DNA of 64,000 nt from Octopus vulgaris (lineage: Eukaryota). The position numbers and the translations under genes are program-made. Positions 25,690 to 38,835 of the stretch are shown here, piece by piece. Position 1 is the stretch's first letter, and every line of letters starts with the position of its first letter. The notes beneath the pieces were generated by a model. The model was not told the origin of the DNA. It saw nothing but the letters and a program-made list of their open reading frames with translations, and did no database searches. The stretch spans positions 72,478,001 to 72,542,000 of the forward strand of contig OX597814.1 of NCBI GenBank assembly GCA_951406725.2, written 5' to 3'.

Positions 25690-27625
25690 CAGTCGATAAT
25701 GAGGCTTTGGAGGGATATTTGATTCCTGATCAGCAAGGATATGGTTAAAAATTTGGTTCACTTCCTCCAGAAACTCAAATTACTGGCAAAAGGTTGTGGT
25801 TACAAAGCTATTTCGGCTGCTCAACATCTCAATGAAGCTATAAGAGATGCCTTTATCAATGGTATGTATTCCAGTAACATATACCAACAGTTATTGGAAC
25901 AAGATAACTTAGACCACAATTGGGTCTTTATCCAAGCATTGACACTGGAGATGGCAGATGCTCAATCCATAAGTTACACATGCTCAATCCATAAGTTACA
26001 CATGCTCAGTTGTTCTCCATGATGAATCCTGTGCTATGCAACCTGCATGTCCCCCCAGCCCAAAACAAGAGACTGTAGATGACTTCAATTTAGCGGCCAC
26101 TACACTTAAATGGTTTTTCTGTAGTTATAACAAACAACCACATTCCAAGTGCCCAACCATGGAAACGACATCTAAAGCCTGCAACAAAATCGGTCATTTC
26201 CAGCAGGCATGTCAGTCATCTCACACAAACAAATGCTTTGTTTCATTTACAAATCCCATATTGTCTGCCATATTCTTGGCAGCTCTTCCACTGTCATTGT
26301 CTTCTGCTGTTGTTAAAGTGTACATAAATAGTGTGGAACACAATACTCTTCTTGATACTAGAACCTCAATAGTTACATATCATCTGATATTGTACATTTA
26401 CATGTTTGGTGCATCCATCCATCAGACACTCCTATTTTGATGGCTCCTACCTTGTCAAGCATTACACGAGTTCACTGTTTCACCAAGTTGGTCTATCATG
26501 ACAATGATTATCCCAATGTGTAACTTAGATGTCCTACTTGAGCATGATGTTTTGAAACAACACTAACATGTAAATACAGCTTTCAGGGGCACAGGCTGGG
26601 AAGTGTCTCAGACCTCCATTTTCACTTTGTGGCTTGGTTGCGGCTCATGTTGACACTCCTGCATTATTCGGGTTGCTTTCACCACAGTGCAAACCTATTG
26701 CTACTAAATCCAGGCACCTGTTATTGCAGGATCAGAAATTTGTCAAAGCAAAGTCACTCATCTTTTATAGGAACAAATCATCGAACCATCTCATTCTCCA
26801 TGGAGGGTACAAGTTTTAGCCACCAGTGATGAATCACACAAAAGACAAAAGGTAATTGATTATAGCCAGACAATCAATCAATATACATAACTCAACACTT
26901 ACCCTGTGCTTACCCATTGATGAACTGGTTGAGAAAATATCTCACTACAAGATATTCACTACTTTCGATCTTAAGAGTGCTTATCATCAGATTCCTATAT
27001 GTGAAGATGAGAAAAAATTTGCAGTTTTCAAAACATGTAGAAATCTGTATTAGTTCTGGTGTATACTGCTCAGAATCACAAATAGTATAACTTGTTTTCA
27101 ACGTACCATTGATAGCAAACAAAATAACTAGACGATACCTTCACCTACATTGACAACATCACAATATGCAGTCGCAACAGAAGAGAGCATGATGGGAACT
27201 GTGAAAGATTCCTACAATTCATGAAGACATGTGGACTCACCTTCAACAATAAGAAAACAGTTGTTGCTGTCAGGACTATCGCACTCCTGGATTACAAAGT
27301 GTAATCAGACTGGATCCAGAATGATTCTGCAGCTTACACAAGTTCCCATCTCTTCAAGATACCAAAGCACAAGAGAAGATCATTTGGATGATTTTTATTA
27401 TTCTCACTGGATCTCCCATTTTTCAGACAAAATCACACTCTTGGTACTCAATAAAAATTTTCCCCTCCCTGATGTTATCGAACAGTCATTCTGAAAGCTC
27501 AAGTCAGAGTTCAAAGGTGTTGCTTTGGTCACCATTGATCATCAAGTACCCTTGGTTGAGGAGACAGATGCTTCAGATATTGCTATTGCCACCACCTTGA
27601 ACCAGGATGGACAACATGTAACCTT
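25690..27625 (+). mobile_element. Decayed Gypsy gag-pro-RT-RH
   Basis: AIRDAFING, CCHC-like ACNKIGHFQQAC, protease LLDT, RT FTTFDLKSAYHQIPI and YIDNITIC, RNase H ETDASDIAI. Confidence 0.88.
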
Positions 27626-28786
27626 CTTGGTTTTTATGGCTGGATGCCTTTCATAGTATTGACCACCTTACTGTCTGTGCTGAGTGTTTTTAACATGGCA
27701 CCAGGTTGTTAAGTGATACTGGCATGAGTGCTTTTTATGCAGCACCAGCACAGGAATCTTGCAGGCCAATCCTCTTCATCAGGGGATGCAGCCTTAACAC
27801 TTTTGCTGTGGAGGATGGGTCTTCTTGAGTACAGGAAGGTCCTTTGTCATCTTGTCTGAATTTTTTGGATAATTCTTATTTATTTCTTCACTAATACAAA
27901 CTTTAAAATCTTTGTATAGGAAGGGTACAGTTGTGTGATTGGACTCAGTATATGACTTGCACTTCTTTCATCAATCTGAAAAGATGAACATTAATCCCTG
28001 TACAATTTGGGTACTGAATTTGCAGAGATTGAACTTAGTAATGATTGTTAATGGCACAAGGCTACAGAGTTTTGGGGAGGGTATAGTTTTAAAGCATTCC
28101 CAGTACTTAACGGGTACTTTATTTTAACAATTCAGGAAGGATGGAAAGCAAAATTGACCTTGAAGGATTTGAACTCAGAATGCAGAGGGCTGTAACTAAA
28201 TATTGTAATGCAATTTGTTCTATCAGTTGTTAACCCACTGCTATTTATAGAAGTTAATATTCGAAAGCATTTCTCTACTTTTATTATTTATCACATCTCT
28301 AAAATTACCACATTCACTTTATCCATTTTTTTATGCTGACCTCTATCGTTCAGATCTTCCATTCATCATATTGCTGGTTGTCATCATCTTTTGTTGTTGT
28401 TTTTTGCAAGGCCTGGTTCTCAGTGCTCTTTTCCATGTCTTTATTACTCTTCTTCTCCCACATGTATCTTCCATTGACTTTACATGCACCTTTTCATCCA
28501 GTACTCATTGTCATGTTCATTCCCGCACAGTTATCACTCCCTGAAATTTTGATGTTTTTCTTTTCTTTTTATGCGAGCCATTCTTTCTGTTCAGTTGGAC
28601 TCCACTTTTTGTCTAAGTTAATATTTCAGTGGATGACAGTATATGTTATTTCTGTATAGCATTCATAGGTCTTCATTTAGAACCCATGTCTCACTGTCAT
28701 TTTTAATCACATGAACATATGCTTTATACAATCAGCCTTTTGTGTGAAAAGAGAAGCCCATTGTTATTAACAAAAGTAACAACTTC

Positions 28787-29135
28787 TTAACCCTTTTGTT
28801 ACCAAACCGTCCAAAGCTGCCTGAAAAAATGTTGGTTCATGTGACCAAGCCGCCCAAAACCGCCCATTCATATTTAAATGAGAATATCAGAGCAAATCTC
28901 ATTGGTACATTCGTGAAAGCACGTGATTATACTTCGTAAACAGTTCATCTACAGTTTTGTACAATGATCGATGTGTAATTTTCATTCTCTGAATTTTGGG
29001 AGATTTTTTTTCCAAATTTGTTCCTGTTGTGTTTTCAAAATTTGTAATTCTGACAAAAAATGGATGTGAATTTCATTCTGTCAAGCAGCGAGTCAGAATT
29101 CGAAGGATTTTCCACTGAAGACCTTGATAAATTTA
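28787..29135 (+). mobile_element. piggyBac-like left end (non-autonomous or truncated)
   Basis: TTAA|CCCTTTTGTTACC terminus and a short acidic ORF start MDVNFILSSSESEFEGFSTEDL. No right TIR found. Confidence 0.55.
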
Positions 29136-29227
29136 ACTTTATGCTGGGTATACAATATTATATAAGCATGCTGGTGGTGGGGGGGGAACAAACACAGACA
29201 CAAATACGCACGCACACACACACATAC

Positions 29228-29261
<34 letters not shown>

Positions 29262-29264
<3 letters not shown>

Positions 29265-30800
29265 TAAAAAGAATTCCAACCTTGTCTGATTTTCACGTTT
29301 TATTTACAATCTTATAATGATATATTATAAGATAATATATTATAATTGAATAAAATAAAATGAAATAGTAGAATGTTAAATGTTCATTCTGATTGAACTA
29401 GTACTTTCATGCATTGAATTCTGCAATCTTCGGGTTCATGTAGTAGTGTTGACAGTCATGCTACACAATTTTTGACTGTAGCAAGACGATTGATTCTGTG
29501 CTATAAATACAGCTGGGTAGGCTCCAGAGTGCTAGGTTTTGCAAACTGTATTCTGACCAATCAGTGTGTAGTATCACTCAATTACTTAAGCTGATTGGTT
29601 GGTTGAGCTGATTGGTTTAGGCATCACGCTTTGTTGGACATGTCAAGAGTCCTGTATCTTGACCCTGGCCGAAGCAGCAATTGTTGGGTTATTTTTAGAA
29701 ATGTTGTAAATATCCTTTGTCAGATATTTTTATATTTTTATATTTCAATTGTCATCATCATCATTGTCAGCACCTTAATTATTGTTGCTAGTGGTGATTG
29801 TGGTGGCAATAGAACTTTTAACCCTAAATAAGATAATTTTCCTGCTATCTTCATCTTGATCACCTTTAGTATTGTTGTTGTTGTTAGTGGTCATGGTCGT
29901 AGCAGTGGAAGTAATACCTCTAAGTATTATTATTATTGCTTATTTAGCTTGGGTTCGAATTTATCAATAAAATTCTTTTCTCTGATTCTCCTCTCGATTT
30001 CACTTGGGCTGTGTAATTTGTAGAACGGAAATATTATATACATTTTCCGGCCACATGTTGCTAGGTGGTTACTCAAAGGTATCTGACGGACCTCTGGGTC
30101 TCTAATCTGTTGCCGGTGTACACGTGAGCGTTCTAATAGTGCGTTTCCCATCTGACCTACATATATTTCTTCACAATTTGGGCATTTGATGCAGTAAATT
30201 AAATTTCTGCTTTTGCAGTTCATATTCGCGTTTGTGAATATTTCCCGGTTTTTGTGTTTATATATTGACCGGTATGTATGAATTGGCATGTGCCACATCG
30301 GCTATCATTGCATTTAGATACCGTGAATGTTTGGTCTTTGTTGCTGAGGTCGAATTTTGCCTTTGTTAGTAATGTTTTCAAGTTTTTAGGCTGTCTTTTA
30401 CTAAGCACCATAGCTCGATCCGAGATTATGTCTTTTAATTCATTACTTTGGGCAATGATTGGTAGGTTTGCTTTGGCAATGTTGAAGATATTCTGGTGAC
30501 ATGGGTTGTGTGTCACTATGAATGGTATGACTTGTTCTTGTTTTCCTCTTCCTTGGGTTGTCCTAAGTTGTTGTATGGGTATTTTTATAGCCCGCTGTAT
30601 GCCATTTTCTATAAGTAGAGATGGGTATTTTTGTTTGAGCAAAAATTCTCTTAGTTCTATTAGGCGTTTGTTCCTGATATTTGCATCTTCTACAATGGTA
30701 CAAATTCTTCTGGCTAGGCAGTATGGGATGTTACGTTTTGTATGTGGTGGATGGCACGACTTAAAATTTAGGTATTGATGTGTGTCTGTGTGTTTATAGT
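29262..30800 (-). mobile_element. Penelope-like element 3' part (RT thumb + GIY-YIG + pLTR), within (TA)n
   Basis: YKHTDTHQYLNFKSCHPPHTKRNIPY...KRQPKNLK...C..C, a frameshift near 30240, then NLIYCIKCPNCEEIYVGQMG..L.ERSRVH...RRIREKNFIDKFEPKLN. Both ends abut (TA)n. Confidence 0.92.
29394..29438 (-). ncRNA. Type I hammerhead ribozyme motif
   Basis: Minus strand: TGAAC-CCGAAGA-T-TGCA-GAATTCAA-TGCA-T-GAAA-GTAC-TA-GTTCA. 5-bp stem I, palindromic minimal stem III, U4C core variant. Confidence 0.8.
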
Positions 30801-31109
30801 ATATATATATATATATATAGATAGATAGGGGAGACTTCTTTCAGTTTCCATCAACCAAATCCACTGATGTGGCTTTGGTCAGCCCAAGGGTATAGCAGAA
30901 GACACGTGCTGAATGTGCCAAGGAATGGGATTGAACCCAAAACCATGTGGTTGGGAACGAAGCTTCGTAGCACACAGCCACGCCCGTGACTATATTTGTG
31001 TGTGTGTGTGTGTGTGTGCATATATATATATATATGCATATAAGAATTTTTTGTGTAATGAGATAAAAAACAAGGCTGTGTAGATATTAGAACATTTATA
31101 GATAGACGG

Positions 31110-31159
31110 TCTTACAGCTGTTTCCAGGATATTTATTAATTATATCCCTTCATCGGAGA
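31110..31159 (-). ncRNA. Type I hammerhead ribozyme motif in a PLE pLTR-like fragment (~31040-31310)
   Basis: Minus strand: TCT-CCGATGA-A-GGGATAT-loop-ATATCCT-G-GAAA-CAGCTG-TA-AGA. Palindromic stem III and GUA cleavage triplet. Confidence 0.78.
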
Positions 31160-32019
31160 TGGTGTGAGAGGATGGTTAAGTAATAGTTAATTTAGATAGG
31201 ATACAAAATAGAGAGTGAGGTGGAGAAAAGAAAATAGATGTGAGATATGTAGGGATATTGAATTTGCAGATCCATTTTTTAGGCAGAATGGTATATATGT
31301 AAGATTCTAATCTATCTATCTATCTATATATATATATATATATACATGCATATATATATATATGTATACACACACATATATATATGCATATACACACATA
31401 TATATGTATGAATATACACATATATATACATTAGCATTTACATATATACACATATAGATAAAAAATATATATATATATACATGCATATATATACACACCC
31501 ACACTTATATATACACACATAAATATACACAAATATATATATATATACACATATACATCTATATATATATTCTTTTACTTGTTTCAGTCATTTGACTGCG
31601 ACCATGCTGGAGCACTGCCTTTAGTTGAGCAAATTGACCCCAAGACTTATTCTTTGTAAGCCTGGTACTTATTGTGTCTCTTTTGCCGAACCGCTAAGTT
31701 ATGGGAATGTAAACACACCAGCATCGGTTGTCAAGCGATGTTGGGGGAGAGAAACACAGACGCACAAACATACTCTCACACACACACACGCATATAAAAT
31801 GGGGTCTTTCAGATTCCATCTACCAAATCCACTCACAAGGCTTTGGTTGGCCCAAGGCTATAGTAGAAGACACTTGACCAAGGTGCCTTGCAGTAGGACT
31901 GAACCAGGAACCATATGGTTGGTAAGAAAGCTACTTACCACACATTCCTGCACCTATATATATATTTCATTTTTGGATTTGGTTTGCAAGGTTCTTTATA
32001 TGAGTTTGTGTGTTGAAGC

Positions 32020-33224
32020 ATATACTCTTGTGTCTGGGGAGAGTCATTTTCTTTTTGTGCCTTATAATGGCAAAATTTCCACTTATTTCTTATTTTTATT
32101 TTCCTAAATTTTTTTGTTGTGTCTTGCAACCTTTACAATGAATAATGAACAATGTGTCTCCACTATGCGAACCCTATGAAATGAAAAAACATATACAGAA
32201 CTTCATGCACTGCATGCAGTCTCTGGATATGATCAGAAAGATAGGGTTCGAGTATACATTGGAGCTAGAAAGAAATTAGACAACATTATACATAATGATA
32301 TCAGTGGTACCTGCCCTAGATATAGAAACAAAGAATGGAATAGAATACAAAGAACTTGTGACAAAGCAAACAGGGCGAACACATGGTATAAAACCGACAA
32401 ATATCTAGGAGTGATGTTTGTAGAGGCCACAGCCCATGGAGAACTAGCCTGTAGATATAGAAAAGTTCTGAAGGAGACTAAACTCAACATTAAAATTGTT
32501 GAAAAACCCAGGAGCTCCGTCAGAACACAACTATGTAGGACCTGCATAGTATGTAGGATTAGCCCTGCATTAACTGTAGAACTCGAAATGTAGTTTACAG
32601 CATAAGATGCATAGAAGGTGCTTATAAGGACATGAACATGATGTACATAGGGGAAACATTTAGGAGCATTGCGGAATGAATAAATGAACATCTGAGACAA
32701 TATGACAACAAAAAACAGTCCTCCATACTCTACCAGCATGCCAAAGACCACCATGGAAGCAACTTGGGTCAACTTGACATCTGCATCTTATTTAAGCATC
32801 CAAAAGTCAAATACAGGAGTACCTTCTTATAAATGAAACCTCCCCAATACTAAATAGGAAATATACATAGTAGATATCATACTGCCATACCCACAGTTTA
32901 AATAGATAGAGTAGAATAGTTAGTGGACTGTTATGTAGATAGATGTATGTATGTGTGTGTATGTGTGTGGGAGTGAGTGTGTGTGTATGCACATGTATGT
33001 TTTTATTTGTCTGTAAGCATATGGATATGAAAATAAACAGATCAACATACAGACGGATAGGTACATAGGTTATAAGAACAGACATGCACACATACACAAA
33101 TGGAGACTGAAATACATGACCATATATACACACGCACTTTACTCCACACAAGGAGACATATGGAGACAGGGATCTACACATATAGAGATGCACAGCCATA
33201 CATACAAACATGGTACATAGTTGC

Positions 33225-33267
<43 letters not shown>

Positions 33268-33690
33268 ACAGACATGCACACACAAGGAGGCAGAGGTGCA
33301 CACATATACAAACACACGCTCAAACACACGCTCAAACACACACATACATAGAAAATACACAAACACAGGCATGCAAGCACATGAATATGCAGGATACATA
33401 CAGATGCACACATATGCATATATACATGCATATATACATATGCATACACACTCATTTATACATACATACACATGCATACATACATACACACATACATACA
33501 TGTATGTGCAGAAACAAACAAAAAGGAACACAGTGTAAATAACAGACAGTCAAGACTATTGAAAAGGTTGAAAGGCGCAATGAAAATTTTAGGAAAATAA
33601 AAATAAGAAATAAGTGGAAATTTTACCGGTAAGTGTGTTACATTATAAGGCACAAGAAGAAAATTACTCTCCTCAGACACAACAGTATAT
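32020..33690 (+). mobile_element. Penelope-like 3' fragment with inverted terminal duplication
   Basis: GVMFVEATAHGELA...IKIVEKP, then MYIGETFRSIAE*INEH...HAKDHH (GIY-YIG). 32020-32140 is the reverse complement of 33556-33690. A (TG)/(CA)-rich block spans 32940-33510. Confidence 0.8.
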
Positions 33691-33747
33691 ATATATATAT
33701 ATGTGTGTGTGTATATATATATGTATATATATATATATGTATATATA

Positions 33748-34033
33748 TCATCATCATCATCGATTAACATCTGCATTCCATGCTAGCATGAGTTGGACGA
33801 TTTGACTGAGGTCTGGCGAACCAGATGGATGCACCAAGCTCCAATCTGATCTGGCAGAGTTTCTACAGCTGGATGCCCTTCTTAACGTCAACTACTCTGA
33901 CAGTGTAGTGGGTGCTTTTATGTGCCACCAGCACGAGAGCCAGTCAGGCGGTACTGGCAACGACCATGCTCAAATAGTGCTTTTTATGTGTCACCTGCAC
34001 AGGAGCCAGTCCAGCGGTACTGGCAATGACCTC
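33748..34033 (-). mobile_element. RTE-family 3' UTR fragment
   Basis: CATCATCATCATCG..., near-identical to 11570-11850. Confidence 0.85.
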
Positions 34034-36505
34034 ATTAAGGGGTAGTAGCCGGCAGGGGCATGTCTCCGGTATTGGTCGGCATGATGCCGGAGACGTCCGC
34101 CTAAGACGCCGTCAGCCTGGCAGGTGGCTGTCGCCTTCACGCCACCTTTCTTTCCCCATTCGTTGATGCGCCGCGGGGCCGCCAGTGGCTGGCCTCTGCC
34201 AGTTGCCCAGTGCTCTGCCACGCTACCATGCCCGATATCGTAAGAACGAACCAAAGCTCGCAGTGTCACCCACGTACACGTGGACGGATCTGCGACTGAT
34301 GCCGGAAGGCTGTCACGAAATATACGCAGTAAATACAGCGACGTGGTCCGTCCCGTAATTCCCTTAAGACAACTACTGTGTCTGCCGCGCTACCTTGTCT
34401 GATATCATAAGAAACGAACTGAAGCTTGCGGTGTCGCCCAGACTATATTAAGGGGTAGCAGCCGGCAGGTGCATGTCTCCGGTATCGGACGGCACGATGC
34501 CGGAGACATCAGCCAAAGACGCCGTCAGCCCAGCGGGTGGCTGCCGCCTTCACGCCACCTTATTTTCCCCATTCATCTACACGCTGCGGGGCCGCCAGTG
34601 GCAGGTCTGTGCCGGTCGCCCGGTGCTCCGCCACGCTACTGTGCCTGATATCGAAAAAACAGGAACCGAAGCTTGCGGTATCGCCCACGTACACATGGAC
34701 GTACCCGTGACCGATGCCGGAAGGCTGTCATGAGATACAAGCGGTCGATACAGTGACGTGGTCCGTCCCGTAAATTCCCTTAAGACAACTACGGTGTCTG
34801 CCATGCTACCGTGCCCGATATCGTAAAAAACGAACCGAAGCTCTCGGTGTCGCCCACGTACACGTGGATGTAGCTGCGAGGCTGTCATGAAGTCAATACA
34901 GCGACTTGGTCCGACCCGTCAATTCACGCATAAACTTATGGGTCGGACCACGCTGGATAGTCACGCTCTAGGTGACTGTCGCACCCCAAGTGGGCCCAGA
35001 CTATATTAAGGGGTAGCAGCTGGCAGGTGCATGTCTCCGGTATCGGTCGGCATGATGCCGGAAACGTCAGCCCGGCGGGTGGCCGCCGCCTTCACGCCAC
35101 CATGCTTTCCCAGTTTGTCTACACGCCGTGGGGCCACCCGGTGCCCCGCCGTGCTACCGTGCCCGATATCGTACGAATGATCCGAAGCTCGCAGTGTCGC
35201 CGACATACACGTGAATGTACCCGCAACCGATGCCAGAACGCTGTCATGGTCCGTTTTGTAAATTCCCTTAACACAACTACGGTGTCCACCGTGCTACCGT
35301 GCCTGATATCGTAAGAATGAACCGAAGCTCTCGGTGTGGCCCACTATACTAAGGGGTAGCAGCTGGCAGGTGCATGTCTCTGGTATCGGTCGGCACGATG
35401 CCGGAGACGTCAGCCAAAGATGCCATCAGCTCGGCAGGTGGCCACCGCCTTCATGCCAACTTGCTTTCCCTGTTTGGCTGCGCACCACAGGGCCGCCAGC
35501 GGCAGGCCTGCGCTGGTCGCCCAGTGCTACGCCATGCTACTGTGCCCGATATCGAAAGAATGAACCGAAGCTCGTGGTATCGCCCATGTACATGTGGACA
35601 TACCCGCGACCGATGCCGGAAGGCTGTCACAAGATACAAGCAGTCAATACAGCAACATGGTCTGTCCCGTAAATTCCCTTAAGACAACTATGGTGTCCGC
35701 CGAGCTACCATGCCCGATATCATAAAAAATGAACTGAAGCTCGAGGTGTCACCCATGTACACGTGGACTACCCGTGACCGATGCTGGAAGGCTGTCACGA
35801 GATACATGCAGTCGATACAGCAAAGTGGTCTGTCCCGTAAATCCCCTTAAGACAACTGCGGTGTCCGCCGCCTTCCGTTTCCGGCTAGCATAAGCACCGG
35901 GGCACCAGTGGCAGTCGCCCATAGCTCTGCCATGCTACCGTGCCGAATATCTTAAGAACGAGCCGAAGCTCGCAGTCTCACCCACGTACACGTGAACGTA
36001 GCCGCGACCGATGCCATCAGTCGCTGGAAGGCTGTGGCGATATGCACTGGGTAAATACAGCGACGTGGTCGACCCGTAAATTTACGCAAACATACCCATG
36101 AACTTACAGGTTGGACCAGGCTGGATAGTCATGCTCTAGGTGACCATCGCACCCCAAGGGGTTCCAGACTACTATGTAGGGTTGTGGTTGATCAGCATAG
36201 GTGACCGTCTGGAAGGGATGTACTTGTCGCTCCTTTCTGCTAATGGTTAGCTCTCTGTTTGCCGGTGCACGGCTGGCGCATCCCCGAATCTCCGCCGTCA
36301 CACCGCTCGCCTTTCAGATGCTGTGTTCGCTCACCTTTTGACCCCTGCATTTGCCCGCGTTCACCCGCCTTTTGACGCCCGCCTTCGCCTGCCTCTTGAC
36401 GTCTGCCTTCGCTCGCTCGTATGTAGGGTTGTTGCTGATCGGTATAGGGATGTTCTCGTCGCTCCTTTCTGCCAACGGTTAGCTCCCCGCTTGCCGGTGC
36501 AAGAT
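34034..36505. repeat. GC/CpG-rich higher-order tandem array
   Basis: Header A(T/C)TAAGGGGTAG(C/T)AG at 34034, 34447, 35005 and 35348. Subunit GCCCGATATCGTAAG...GAAGCTC at ~34230, 34400, 34642, 34813, 35161, 35301, 35544, 35712 and 35942, with a recurrent ~170-bp spacing. Confidence 0.9.
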
Positions 36506-36509
36506 CGAC

Positions 36510-38645
36510 TCTACACAGCTGGCAACACCTGCCCCTTCATCATCAACACCACTTCTATCACTGGTTCTAACCAACAAACTGTGTTTATCAGAAATTCCTT
36601 CACTTGCACTTCTAGCCTCATCTACTGCATTAAATGCAACCTTTGTGGGAAGCTTTATGTAAGTCAGATGGGCTGCCGACTGGCTGACCGGTTCACCAAA
36701 CATCTAAGTGATGTTTGTCTACGTTCCAACACTCCTGTCGCCCATCACTTCCACTTGGCCAACCATTCCTCGTCTAACATCTCCGTCTTTGGCCTTGCTC
36801 TACACTATGGATCCCCACAATCAAAACTCCACTTGGAACAGCGCTATATCTTCAATTTACAGACTACTATCCCCCACGGACTTAACACAATCCCCTCCTC
36901 CTAGTGACTGCCACTACACCTCCCACAACAAGCAACTTTATTTCTTTTCTCATTTTTCATTTCTTACTTGTAATTGCGTCTTTTATATTGGATTAACTTC
37001 CTTATATTTTATTGTTTTTATAATTTTTTGTTTTTTTATTGTTTATAATTTAGCGTTTTTAGAAATTATTGGTTTTATTTCTATATACATGCACACATAC
37101 ACACATTCTTACGTATCCATGAATGCACATATACCTCCCACACACCACAGACATACAACATACATACATGCATATATACACACATACTTCCACACGAATG
37201 CACATATACCTCCCACACACAACACACATACAACATACATACATGCATGCACATATACACACATGCACACACCCACATATACCCACGCGCACACACATGC
37301 ATGTACACACACACATACACATGCACGGGAATGCACAGATACCTATCCCACACAACCACATGCACACAGACACACACATACAAATGTACACAGAATCACA
37401 TACAGACATACTCAAGCACAGACGCATACACACAAGAAAATGCACATATAACCTGACACATCTCCACATTCAAACACACATATACACATGTACATACGCA
37501 CACACACACTAGCACAGGTTCACACATATACCTCCAACAAACAATACACATACAGACATGCACACAATTATACATACATGGGCACAAACACATACGCACA
37601 TACATGCACGTAAGCACACACACACAAGCACATGCACGCACATACGAACAGGTACACACATTACGCCTACACAAACCCCTCACACACAACTTGCGCACAC
37701 ACACAAATTCATATACACACCTATACATATACATACACACACAAACATGTGCACACATATGCATGCACACACGCACACATATGCATGCACACACGCACAT
37801 GAATGCACACACACCTAACACTCACAACACCATGCATACATGTATATTCACCCACATATGCATACACGCACACACATACACATGCACACATACATGCACA
37901 CACAACTACACGCACATACGACATGCATACACACGCATGCACAAACAAATGAACCCACACATTCCTCCCATACACACAGCACATACTCATACACACACAC
38001 AATTATACATACATGTATACACACATACGCATATACAAGCACACACAAACACACACATGCATGCATATGCAAACAAAGCACACAAGCAATATATATACAT
38101 ACATGCACACACACATACTTCAAACTACTAGTACCTTCCACTGACCATTGTCCTATGCACATGGGTAGGTAGAGACACAACAAGAGCCACTCCTACTATC
38201 ATTCTTCCTATGACCTTAAACAATACTAAGCCCAACCACACACATAGATTGACAGCCACACACATGTGCTATCATTATACACACACACGTGCTATCATTA
38301 TACACACACACACACACACAGACCTGTGCGCATGCACATATCCACACATACACACATACCTCCTTTTTTTGTACTCTCCTGTCTTTGAAAGAACATTTTC
38401 TTCACCCATTTCCTTCCGGTCATTCAATATGTGACCACGTGTGTATTGTTGGCAATTTTTTTTCCTCCCTCTTCCCTTCCTTGGATCTTTCCTTTTCCTA
38501 TGTTTCTGACAAAGAGCTCTGCTCAAAATGTTAAATCCTCCTTCTTTCTTTCCTTTCCTGAGCGTCCAATAACATTATACTTGTTCCACGTCCCCATGTT
38601 ATTGTCTTTTCTCTTTGTGTTTCATGTTTGGATTAACTACACACA
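36510..38645 (+). mobile_element. Penelope-like GIY-YIG 3' fragment with long (CA)-rich pLTR-like region
   Basis: FTCTSSLIYCIKCNLCGKLYVSQMGCRLADRFTKHL...PVAHHF...EQRYIFNLQTTIPHGLN* (to 36904), then ~1.2 kb of cryptic (CA)n, then a degenerate HHR at 38503. Continuity of these parts is inferred. Confidence 0.75.
38503..38535 (+). ncRNA. Degenerate minimal hammerhead motif
   Basis: TTT-CTGACAA-A-GAGC-TCT-GCTC-AAAA-TG-TT-AAA. Three CpG-type transitions would restore CTGACGA, GAAA and CGTT. Confidence 0.6.
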
Positions 38646-38771
38646 CACGCACACACACACACACACACACATATATACATATATTGATAAAAATAGTAAG
38701 ACAACAAAAGAATGAAAGAAACCTCGATATTATGTAAATAGAGGTATTTATCTGTAAATGAAATATGTGAC

Positions 38772-38808
<37 letters not shown>

Positions 38809-38835
38809 TATATGCATGTATATATATATATATAT

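Noticed and set aside
34035-34368. Kolobok/piggyBac-like unit bounded by TTAAGGG...CCCTTAA
   Set aside because: Only 3 bp of inverted match beyond TTAA, which is insufficient for a TIR.
34034-36505. CRISPR-like or prokaryotic contaminant array
   Set aside because: The intervening sequences are themselves repeated rather than unique spacers, there are no cas genes, and it is contiguous with eukaryotic TEs inside an intron.
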